Below are positions 12,601 through 24,600 of a stretch of 64,000 nucleotides of DNA, in pieces. The notes below the pieces were generated by a model. It was not told the DNA's origin, made no database searches, and saw only the letters and a list, made by a program, of their open reading frames with translations. Position numbers and translations under genes: made by a program. Origin of the DNA: Podarcis cretensis (lineage: Eukaryota); NCBI GenBank assembly GCA_951804945.1, contig OX638156.1, positions 10,788,001 through 10,852,000 on the forward strand, in the 5' to 3' direction. The first letter of the stretch is position 1. Every line of letters begins with the position of its first letter.

Positions 12601-15600
12601 GCTATCTTCTGTCTTAAATGTTGTCGAGGATGCAAACTGTAGACTGGTAGTACAACACTCTCCCGGCGTTGATTTTTCCAATGGTCTCCTCTTTGTCTGC
12701 CTGGGCTCAGTGCCGGTTTCTCTCAATATTGCTCCTTTTCCAAATTGATCGAAATCCAGGGCTGTTGCACTACAAGAAAACATGGAGCCCTTTTGCAACT
12801 TTTCTTTCTCAACAGGAGAGGTACGTAATGTGACAATTTCCGGCCCCTCTAATGCCAAAGAAAATGATAGTGTCACTTTGAACTGCAGTGCTGCTGGAAC
12901 CAATGTTTCGTATTACTGGCTGAAGGGAAGCCAGCTGATTGAAGGAGGAGGTCATATCTCTTTAGACAACAACAACCAAAGGCTCATTCTCAACCCAGTC
13001 ACCAGGAACGATGAGGCCAACTACACCTGCTTTGGGAACAACAGCTTCTCTGAAAGTTCCAGTGAGCCACATTGGCTGCAAATCTTCTGTAAGTCTAGAC
13101 TGACTATGTGGGCAGTGGCAGGCAACTGGGGTCCCTTAGTCCAAACCCAGCCGCAGTCAGTCATAGGTTGCCCCATCATATTCTACTTTCTATAGCAGAC
13201 AAAATTGGCTCTTTCAGCCCTTATCACAGCTGGTTTCAGGAGGGAGGAGAAACTGCCAGAGTCTATCCTGTGCACACATTTGCTACAGCCTCCCTGTTTT
13301 TCTGAGAGCAGTGTGGCTCTCCATTGCAACTAGCTATGAGTATACTGGCTGCATGAAGTCAAGAAGATTAAGAGATTTGACCCACACCTGGGACTCAACT
13401 ATGAACTGGTCCGCAGGTCAATCATATTGCTAACCCCTAATCCTGGTGTTACTGTTGGAGGGTTTTTTCAGTGCTCCATTTCTACCAAGAAAGGCCCCTC
13501 CCTCGCTCCCCCGGACACTCTCCAAGTGCACAAATAGAAATTTCAAATAAAAACCACAACTTTCTGATGGAGTTGAAAGGTTTATTTTAGGTAACGTTGT
13601 GTGTAGCATGCAGGGGACTTTGTTCATTTTCCAGAGGCCAAAAAGCTGTAACTGAAGCTTGAAAGTCTAGTGGCCAATAGGGAGGAATACTATAGAAGGG
13701 ATCCAGTATTAGTTGCCTTGAGTCATCCAAATATGCAAGCAACTTGACTCACTGCCACACCCAATTTTGACAATCCCAACAAAAGTTGTGTAGAAAACAG
13801 AAAGAACTGTTTGGTTTTACTGCATCTGTCCCTTTGATCAGTGGCCTTTTGGAATATTATCTGCATCCTGATCAGCTTTCTGCTATGTGAAAGGCTAAAT
13901 AATGAGGATTTAGCATTCCTACCCCCCAGCTCAAACCCTTGGGGCCTTATATTCTTCCAAACAACCCTGAGGTGATATATTCACTGAGCATCCATTCCCA
14001 GGGATATTTCTCCAGGTTGGAATTGTTGCATGGGGACAGCAGGTTCGGAAAAAACACGGTTCCAGTGGCTCTATATTTTGCCATCAGTGTAGTAACGTCT
14101 GAGTAGCACCCTTACTACTAGCACAACCTGGCCCTTTCCAACATGTGGTTTTCCTATATTTGCTTCAGACGGGCCCGACATCCCCACAATCGACCCTCAG
14201 GAGCCAGTTTATAGAGACCAATCCACCCTTAACCTCTCGTGTTCTGCCAACTCCAACCCACCTGCCAATTATTCTTGGTATCATAATGAGAAACTTCTGG
14301 AAGCTCAGAACGAGTCCCAACTCCTGATCTCGCATCTTTCTCTAAATGATGCCGGCAAATATACTTGTAATGCCACCAATGATGTCACTGGCCTTTTCAG
14401 CCAGACCAGCCTGGAGATCAGCGTCCTGGGTGAGTAGCTTGAATGGCCAGGCTGCATCCTAGGCTAACTTGCGCCTTCCTGCGGCTGATAAGACTGTCCT
14501 TGTAGTACCTGCTTCATCTGTACAACGGGGACTTGATTGCGCGAACTCTGTCTCATGGCCATTTTGGCTTAAAGGATGCATTCCTCGTATTCTGTCACCT
14601 CACTGTCCCTTTACAGTATCCATGCCGATCACTCCACTTCAGTTCCTGAAGTACCATGAAGTTTCTCTTCTTCAGGTCAAATCCAGTTCCTGGTCTTGGA
14701 GTCTCTCTGTCTCTTACCATATCTCTGGACTCACACTAATTTTTCCATGTCAATGAAAACACCGAGATAACGAACACAATTGTGTAGACGTTCCTGCCAT
14801 TTCTGCTTCTTTGTATGCCTTGTCTTCAAGAACCTTCCTTCTAGAAATTTGATTGATGTGGTGGTTCAAGTTGGCAAGGGTCCCTGGATGAACCCTTTCC
14901 CTCTAGTTGCTTGCCTTCCTTAACTTTATTCTACTTGGGCTTTATCTTGGTCCTCCGTCGATGATCATCTTTATTCCAAAACCTGGATCAGAAGATTTTC
15001 CACTGATTTGCGCTGAAATCCCAAATAACTCATTCCGAAAGAAGCAAACTCTGTTCTATTCTCTGTTGCCGAACCTTCAGATTTCATCACACCAGTTCCT
15101 TCACTGCTGTGGATTCCGTCTTCCTTGTGAAATGCATCAGAGATGGGATTGTAATTAATGTTCGCTGCAGTTCTTCTGTTTTTAGGTTATTTACTGTATC
15201 AACTATTTTCTTGTCCACTTCTTTTGCCTTGTTCCATGTTGACATTCATCCCAGACTGCACATTCATTTCACACTGACAACCTTTTGCAACCCATAATGT
15301 TGAAGTGTTTCTATGTGTCCCCTCCTGTTCTTTGCATCTGCCAACCTGTTCCTTTATGCTGCAGAATTTAGTTTATCGAAGCTTCCTAATTGAAAATAAA
15401 GAAGAGTTTCACCTCTCTGCGGCAAACGGATCACACGGCAGGACCCCTCCTTAAATGACAGATGGATATATTCAACTTCCAAGATGCAGAATGAAGAAAC
15501 GACTCTGAGGAGGCCTACTTACTTCTCCACTTTTACCTTGGATAACACCATCATTCCCTCTACTTCTCTCTCTTTTCTCTCTCTCCCTCTACAGGATATG

Positions 15601-18600
15601 TCACTAATATCACCATCAGTGACTCTGGCAAGGCCATCGAGAATAGCATCACAGTTCTGAACTGCACCTCCGCAGGCACTAACGTTTCCTACTCTTGGTT
15701 AAGAGGGAACGAGAGCCTGGTGGTTGGAGAGCGCATTTCTCTGAGCAACAACAACCAGGTCCTTACATTCAATCCAACGAGCCGGAATGACTCGGACAGC
15801 TACAGCTGCTATGGATATAACAGCTTCTCTAATGACAGCACCTCATACTTGCTGAATGTTTTGTGTAAGTCTGGTTCTACCATTGAGGGAGGGTTGGAGC
15901 AGTTCTGGGAGCGGAGCATTCAGGGGCTTGACTTAGGCCCTGAGAGTGCAAGACTGTAGCTTTTAAAGACAAGGATATCTGGCAAGCAGATTCAATAAGA
16001 CTGAAATACACAAAGGTAGAGAGACCCACCATGTGAGTTAACTCACTTCATGCAAAGTTAGCACTCACAACTTCTAAAAACATTACTTCATGCCCCCAAT
16101 CTACCTTCTTTTGGAACCGGATTGCCAGAAGTCTGTTGTTTTTAAAACTCACCCCCCACTTATTGCAGTGTAATAATAATAATAATTAATAATAACAATA
16201 ATTATTTATACCCCACCTATCTGTCTGGGTTTCCCCAGCCACTCCAGGCAGTTCCCAACAGAATATTATTATTATTATTAATAATAATAAAAGCAATAAA
16301 AAAATCAAACTTCAAAGACTTCCCTAAACAGGGCTGCCTTCAGATGTTTTCTAAAAGTCTGATAGTTGTTTATTTCCTTGACATCTGATGAGAGGGAATT
16401 CTACAGGGCAGGTGCCACTACTGGGAAGGCCCTCTGCTTGATTCCTTGTAACTTCGCTTCTCGCAGTGAGGGAGCCACCAGAAGGCCCACTGAGCTGGAC
16501 CTCAGTGTTGAACAATGGGGGTGGGGACGCTCCTTCAGTATATCTCAAAATATTTTGAAAGTACCATCAAAATCTCTAGGAGAGATAGAAGATCATTGTA
16601 GCGGCCCTTATTTGATCTAACTTGATTTCACACAGCACTTTCAACTCTTAAGAACTGCATCAGCCCCAAAGATAGTAAGTTGAAGTTCAGGGGTCTGCAT
16701 CATATTGAGCGAGATCTGTGGCCCCTGTGATCCAGAGCCAGTGTAATGTAATGATTAGAGTGTTAGGCTAGGACCTGGGAACCCAAGGTTCAAATTCCCG
16801 CTCAGCCATGAAGCTCACTGGGTGACTTTGAACCAGCCACTGTCTCTCATCCTAACCTCCCTCACCGGCTTGGTGTAGAATAAAATACAGAGGGGAGAAC
16901 CAAGCAGACTCCCTTGAGCTCCCTGGAGGAAAAGGTGAGATATAAATGAGAAATCAGAATAAATGAATGAATAAATAGAACTGCCTGGCCTAATCGGCGG
17001 CAAAGTAGCTGTCCAACATCGGAGGCAGATGTCATTTCTGGACTGCTGGAATCCTTCGCTGCAGATGGCAAGGACTAGATTTGTGGCCTAGTAAAGGCAT
17101 ACCATGTGCTTTAGCACATAGCTCCTTCCCAGTACGTATTGTGGAACTTCCTGTATGGTGATTGGCTGGCCGTGGTATGATGTAAAAGTCCAGCCTTGCT
17201 GCTCAGAAGTTAGCTGAGTCAATACTCCTTCCTTGTCTCAGATTTCACACAGAGACACACATTTTACTGGCAAAACCTAAGAAACCTTTCGAATGCTCAA
17301 ACTGCAACTGCTGCATATCTGGCCACATTGGGCTTCACGATGTTAGTTTGCTCCTCCTTGAGTTTTTGATGAGGGAGAGTTAAATAATGTCGCTGCCTCC
17401 TGTGTTACCTCGGAGCTATTAAAGCGACAGGCGCCATCTCCCAAGTCAAGACCTGCCGCTCGTAAGCTTGCAATTCCTTCTAGTCCTTAAGCAAAGTCAG
17501 CCACCCATCAAACTTCAGAAATCTTAGCTAATTGCATTTTTTAAAAAAAGAGGCCATGCTCACTTTATAGTGTATTGTTCTTTAATTGAGCTTATACGTT
17601 CCTCTTTTCATAAATTGCTCACGAATAAGCTGTAACAAGTTCCCAAAGATACCTTAAAAGCAGTGAACAAAATTATTGCCCGCATCCTGCCCAGCTTGCT
17701 CAACTTCCCATCTTAGGTTCACTGCTTCCTGCTTTCCTCTCTCTGATAACAGAGTCTGCAATATTGATTCCCAGATCACAAACCAGTAATTGGAAGTCAT
17801 GACTTCTACCAAGGATTTTTCCACAGTTTTGGGAAATCCTGAGAATTCTTTTGTCAGGATTCCCAGAGAAATGTAAGCATGCTCTAAGTAAGTAAACTTA
17901 TCCCGGATATGGAAGGGGCAGTCTAAACCTCCCAAGGCAGCTATTCTGCTGTCTCTGAACAAGCGCTTCTATCTGCAATTCAGCTTTCTTACACTTCACA
18001 TTCTGAACACACAGGCATGTGCCGGTCAATCTGACTCACGGTTCATTTTGCCAAAGGTGGCACCTGAGCCCTCCAGGATCTTACTGGCTTCCCCCAACTT
18101 CTGACTCTCCTGTATTTACTCCAGATGGGCCTGGTGTCCCTGAAATTGGCCCCAGTGAGCACTATTACGCAGAGGGCTCCAACCTCACTCTCTCCTGCAC
18201 TGCTGACTCCAACCCAGCCGCGCAATACACCTGGAGTTTCAATGAGACATCAGACATAGGGTCCGCCTCCCAGCTTTCTATCTACAATCTGCAGTTCCAC
18301 CACAGTGGAAATTACACCTGCAAGGCTTTCAACAATGAAACCAATGCTAGCTCCACCTCCGCAAGCCGGGAGATCTGGGTACTAGGTAAGTATCCACAGG
18401 GTTACACGCATCCATGGCTTACAAACGTGACTTCTAACTCGCTGGCATTTCTTTTGCCACGCTGGTCGTTTATACTCCTGTCCCACTTCCTGTTACCATA
18501 GAACTCTTCCTGGAGCCAAACCCAATGCTATCTTTTTGCCTCCTGCTTCTTTTTTTCTAATGAATGCTTGGGTATTCTGTCATTTTCTGCCTACCCAGCA

Positions 18601-21600
18601 GGCTCAGGTGCCCTTCTGTTATTGACTTGTCTCCCACGGGATATTGCATGGCTCACAGTGTCTCTTCGAATCTAATCAGTCCTCTGTCAATGAAGACCTT
18701 CAAATCAAGATCACCAATGGAATGCACCTTTGGTGGTGTTTTGCTGCCTTGGCAAACTTCTTGTATGTTTTCTGTTCATCTTATTCCCAGGACTCTGTCC
18801 TCTTTCGGATGCATCTCCTGAAACTGTATGAGGATCTTGATGCAACAGCTTACTGCTTCCCTTCGAAGCAATGGTGCTCACAGCCACTTGCTTCACTGTC
18901 TCTCCCTCTGGTGCCTTTTTGCAGCGACTGTAACTTCTATTTAGGACTGTCCACAAATAAAATAAAACAAAAATATCTCTTGTCCGTGGAAATTATCCAT
19001 CTGTCCCCAGTAAGGGCCTTGTTCATCACCTGTCACTCAGCACCTCTTTGGTATCTTTGAGGTCCTCCTTCTTCTTCTGTTGGTGAAAGCAGTCACATGG
19101 CTTTTAAACCACGTTTCTGTCCTCCTTGGAAGATTTCAAGGGAAGAGGGAGATCTTGCAGGCAAACCTGCAACACCCTTCCCTGCATCTGTTCACCATTT
19201 GTTCCTTGATAACCCTCTGCCTCCTCGTTATTCTTTCCTTACAGTGGAGGTTTCTGACGTTACCATTATGGGTCTGTCGGAAGCCATTGAGAACGAGTCA
19301 CTGATTCTGACTTGCACCTCCATTGGCAGCGAGGTCTCTTACTATTGGTTCAGAGGGAATCAGAGCCTGGATGATGGAGGGCATATATATCTGAGTCATG
19401 ATAACCAAAACCTCACAATAAACCCGGTCAGCCGGTCTGATGCAGGTTCCTACACCTGCCTTGGAGTCAACAGAATCAGCAAGAACACCAGTACCCCCTT
19501 CGAACTGACAGTGTTCTGTAAGTGTGGCGCCAATTCTTAGTTCATCCCTTCTAACACCTCCTCCCAGCTTCCCTCTCCCCTGTATGTACCTCCTAAAAAC
19601 TGAATGAGGAATATATCATTCTTTAGTCCCTTGAGCCACCTCTTCAGCCCTTCACCATGATGCCCAACTTGTGATTCTCCTCTGTTTGCTCCAGATGGGC
19701 CTGATGATCCTGTAATCAGCCCCCAAAACAATACTTACCATACGGGATCCAGCCTCAACCTCAGCTGCAGTGCCGACTCCCACCCGCCGCCTCAATACAC
19801 TTGGATTTTTAAAGAGGGAATAATTGGGAACACCTCTGAGCTGTTGATCTCGAATCTGTCTCTCAAGGACACTGGGGATTATACCTGCAGTGCTTTCAAT
19901 GTTGAGACTAATCTCAGCAAAAGTGCAAGCCTCCTTGTTGAGGTGTATGGTAAGTATTTCTTCAGGGAACCCAGCTTGGTGTTTTCCGCCGTGGCACCAA
20001 ATGCCACCAGTTTGTCTGCATTCTCTTTGGGGCAGCTCCCCATGCTGCCCACTGTCTCCTCATCTGTCCTTTCCAATGTCTACATTCATCAAGACTTCCA
20101 TGAATCTCTCAAGGAGAGATCATGCTGGCCTGTAGCTTGCAACTTCCTACACTGGGTGTGGCTGTTACCCTGGATTATACTTGGTTTACGGGAACTTCCT
20201 TTATTTTCTACTCAATTTGCCTGATGCCTGCAGCGAATGGTCAGACAGTACCCAAAAATGAAGCGTTAAATGATGACAAGAATCATGACTGGTGGTAGGG
20301 TGTCGCCGGCGCCGTTTTAATAACATATACACAGCTAACTTGATAGTTGAAACATGCCATGTAGTCTTAACTTGATAACCCAGAGTACTAACTTGGGTAT
20401 ATTATATTCCGTCTACATCTGGGAACGGGGGGTGGGGGAGAGAATCCCATATAATGTTCCTTTGTGTACCATGCTTATTTAGATTAGGAGGTGAGGAACC
20501 TTTCTTCTGTGGAGGCTGAGTTGCTTTTCCTTAGGAGTAATCTGTTGGCACATGGGTGGGTTAAACCACAAAGCCTAGGGCTTGCCGATCAGAAGGTTGG
20601 CGGTTTGAATCCCTGCGACGGGGTGAGCTTCTGTTGCTCAGTCCCTGCTCCTGCCAACTTAGCAGTTCGAAAGCACATCAAAGTGCAGGAATCATAGAAT
20701 CATAGAATCATAGAGTTGGAAGAGACCACAAGGGCCATCGAGTCTAACCCCCTGCCAAGGAAGGTAAACAGCGTTTCCGTGTGCTGCTCTGGTTTGCCAG
20801 AAGCAGCTTAGTCATGCTGGCCACATGACCTGGAAGCTGTCTGCAAACAAACACTGGCTCCCTCGGCCAGTAAAGCGAGATGAGCGCCACAAACCCAGAG
20901 TCGTCTGCGACTGAACCTAAAGGTCAGGGGTCCCTTTACCTTTACCTTTAATCTGTTTGTAGCTGGGGCTGCTCTTTTCTTCCTCCACACACATCGGGCT
21001 GCAGGGGGAGGGACAGCTTGAGCTCAGAGGTCTGAACACTGAGAGCTTTCAAAGCCCCCCCCCTTCCCTCCACATTTCTTCCATTAGCACGATCTCTATT
21101 GGCTCACCACCCACCCCTGTCCTGCCTCCTTCTCTTCCTCTAGGCACACATCCACAAAATTTGGCCGAGGGCCACTTGTCTCCCACCCCAGATCTTTAGC
21201 ATGTAAGTTTCTTATGCAACATAGATCGCACTGGAAGGTTAATGAGATTCTGTTAGCATAGCTTAGTGATGGGACTCTCACTTTGCATTGTGCATTGGAA
21301 TGATCTGCGTTATCCAAACTTCTAGGCCAGGGGTTCCCCAACTGTGGTCTGTGGACCACCCGTGGTCTGCAAGTTTCATTCAGGTGTTCTGCAGCGTGTT
21401 TATGGAAAAACACCATTTGAAAATTGCTGAAGGTTTTAGTGTGGACTCCAAAGCTTTCTCCACTTCTGTGATGAACTGGGAAAGAGTCACTCTGCAGCAT
21501 GTGGAGTGGTTGCTATCAGCCTCAGCTTAATAATAATAATAATAATAATAAAATTTATTTATATCCCACCCTCCCCAGCCGAAGCCGGGCTCAAGGTGGC

Positions 21601-24600
21601 TAACAACAATAAAACAGTACAAAAGTACAGCACAAACAACACTCTAAAATCATTCATTATAAAATTAATTAAATTCAAGCCACTGGCCACCATTGGGCCA
21701 GAGCTCCGCGAAGATTGCCAAGGGAGGGAGTCAGGCTGTGCCCTGGCCAAAGGCCAGGCTGAACAGCTCTGTCTTGCAGGCCCTGCGGAAAGATGTCAAG
21801 TCCCGCAGGGCCCTAGTCTCTTGTGACAGAGTTTTCCACCAGGTCGGAGCCACAGCCGAAAAGGCCCTGGCTCTAGTTGAGGCCAGCCTAACTTCTCTGT
21901 GGCCTGGGACCTTCAAGATGTTTTTATTTGAAGACCGTAAGTTTCTCTGTGGGGCATACCAGGAGAGGCGGTCCCGTAGGTACGAGGGTCCTAGGCCGTG
22001 TAGGGCTTTAAAGGTTAAAAACAGCACCTTAAACCTGTTCCTGTACTCCACCGGGAGCCAGTGCAGCTGGTATAGCACCGGGTGAATGTGATCTCGCAGC
22101 GAAGACCCTGTAAGGGCATTCTGCACCCGCTGGAGTTTCTGGGTCAGTCTCAAGGGCAGCCCCACGTAGAGCAAGTTACAATAATCCAGTCTGGAGGTGA
22201 CCGTCGCGTGGATCACAGTGGCAAGGTCAGGGCGAGAGAGGTAAGGAGCCAACTGCTTAGCTTGGCGGAGATGGAAAAATGCTGCCTTTGTTATAGCTGC
22301 AATCTGCGCCTCCATGGAAAGGGAGGTGTCAAAGATTACACCCAAACTCTTAACGGACGGTGCTGGCACTAATTGCGCCCCCGCAAGAGATGGGAGTTGC
22401 CCCCCCCCAATCCCATATCGTCCCGTCCCAGCCACAGGACCTCTGTCTTCGAAGGATTTAGCTTCAACCGGCTCCCACGTAACCATCCAGCCACAGCTTC
22501 CAAACATCTGATCAGTGTGTCAGGGGCCGACTCAGGATGGCCATCCATCAACAGACAGAGTTGGGTGTCATTGGCATACTGATGGCAACCCAGCCCAAAA
22601 CTCTGGACAAGCTGGGCGAGGTGGCGCATAAAGATGTTGAAAAGCATTGGGGAGAGTATCGCACCCTGAGGTACTCCACACACCAAGGAGTGGTGTGATG
22701 ATAATTCCCCCCCCAAGCGCCACCCTCTGCCCCCGACCAGAGAGAAACGAGCGCAACCATTGAAGGACTGTGCCCTGGATCCCCACTTCGGCAAGGCAGT
22801 GGTCCAGAAGTTCGTGATCGACCATGTCGAAAGCTGCTGACAGATCTAGAAGAATCAGCAGCCCCGACCCGCCTCGATCCAGCTGTCTACGAAGATCATT
22901 TGTTAGGGCAACCAGAGCTGTCTCGGTCCCATGACCAGCGCGGAAGCCGGACTGGAATGGATCCAGAGCCGATGTTTCATCCAGAAACCCACCAAGCTGT
23001 TCAGCAACCGCTCTCTCAATCACCTTACCCAGGAACGGAAGATTCGAAACCGGGCGGTAATTGGATAGATCTAAAGGATCTAATGATGTTTTCTTTAAGA
23101 GCGGGCGCACCACTGCCTCCTTCAGTTCCCCTGGGAATGTCTCCGTGCCAAGGGACAAATTGATAATATCCCCCAGGAGGGCCCGCACCTCGTCTGGACA
23201 CGCTCTAATCAGCCAAGACGGGCACGGGTCGAGAGGACAGGTGGTGGGCTTTCCAGCTCGGAGGAGTCTGTCCACATCGGCTGGGGATATCCGGTCGAAG
23301 TGGTCCAATACTGGACCCGAGGACAGTCGAGGGGCCTCCAGTTCCTTTACTGTATCCAAATTGGCAGGGAGGTCATGGTGGAGCAACAAGATCTTCTCCA
23401 CAAAAAAGCTCGCAAATGCCTCACAGCTGTGTGTCAAATTGTTATTTAAATTTGGCTGTCCTTCAAGGGACGTTAAAGACCTAATTATACTAAATAATTG
23501 TGCCGGGCGAGAGCTAGCGGCGGCAATGGAGGCCGAGAAGTAGGACTTCTTAGCAGCCTTCACCGCCATCTCGTAGGTTTTCATAAAAGCCCTATAAGAT
23601 GTTCTTGAGGCTCCGTCACGGGCACCCCGCCATACTCGCTCTAGCCGTCTGAGGTCCCGCTTCATTTTCCGGAGCTCCTCGGTAAACCAGGGAGCCCGGT
23701 TTCTGCGGGGTTGCAGAGGGCGCTTCGGTGCGATCTCATCGATGGCTGCCAGGAGCTGGATATTCCAGCCCTCAACAAGCTCAGTCAATGAGTCGCCAGG
23801 GGGAGCAAGGTCCCGCAAGGCTTGGCGGAATCTATCTATCAGCTTAGCCTGGTCTCTGTGCAGATCTTGGACTCCAAATACGAATGAGGTGCTGGGATTC
23901 TGGCAGTTTCGGGTGGGGAGGGAAGAAGCACTTTAGAGCATAATAGCATGGAGTACCAGAATAGTAACAGGAAGCAAACGGATCTGAAAAAGATCCAAGC
24001 CCTTGAGAAGACCGGCTCAGTGACTAAGCCAGGTTTAATTCTTTGTTTGTTTGCTGGCAGATCATATGCAACTGTTGCCTTGCCCTTTGGGCAGTGCCAA
24101 CTTGACAGTTTTAAACCAGTGTGAATGGGATTCCTTATCCTTCTCTGCGTCTTCCAAGCATGCATTCAGTGCATAGGAGTTACAAATTCACAAATTTTTC
24201 ATGGTTTTGCATGAACCATACACAAATACGCAACCATTGTATTTGAGATTTCACCTTCTTGGAAATGGCAACCATGATTATCCCCAGTTGGGGGTTCTCC
24301 TATAAAGAGTGCCAGATTGCCAGATTGCAAAGAGTGCCAGATTGCAAAGCTTTTAAAACAGTTTCTATCCCTTACTACTGCAACAATATGTCTGGGAGTT
24401 TTTGGTAGATAGTTGCTGAAATTTCAGAAGCCAGGGAGGTCACTAAATGAATGGTCGCCAATGCCTGGGGTTTGTCCTTACAGAGGAAAACATGAACCAA
24501 GAGATTATGCAGACCAATACAAATGAAAGGCTAAATTGTGCAAATCTGCGAAATAAGTTGAACCTGCGTAATTTCTTTTATGTCACAGAATTCAGGGTTT

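Larger units (their letters stand above)
1..14784 (+). repeat. Tandem array of ~2.44-2.52-kb units, each A exon-intron-B exon-intron; about 6 copies, continuing upstream
   Basis: A-exon starts at 384, 2825, 5336, 7849, 10301, 12816 (spacings 2441, 2511, 2513, 2452, 2515). Introns align between units. Similarity ends near 14784. Confidence 0.97.

Noticed and set aside
2158-12748. Recurring ORFs such as MKFLFFRSNPVPG..., MALMFGHKISV..., MAFLYLLQTGP... and MSKVPCMLH...
   Set aside because: They recur only because introns and alternative frames were duplicated with the array. Lengths and frames vary between copies and there are no recognisable motifs.
314-14429. Reading the array as six separate small genes
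   Set aside because: There is no leader, IgV, TM or stop exon between units, and all exons are internal phase-1/1 cassettes. The upstream ATG (MEPFCNF) lies in the acceptor region.
14790-15420. Purine-rich minus strand suggestive of a decayed LINE ORF1 at the array edge
   Set aside because: No diagnostic motif, TSD or tail that I can support without a database search.
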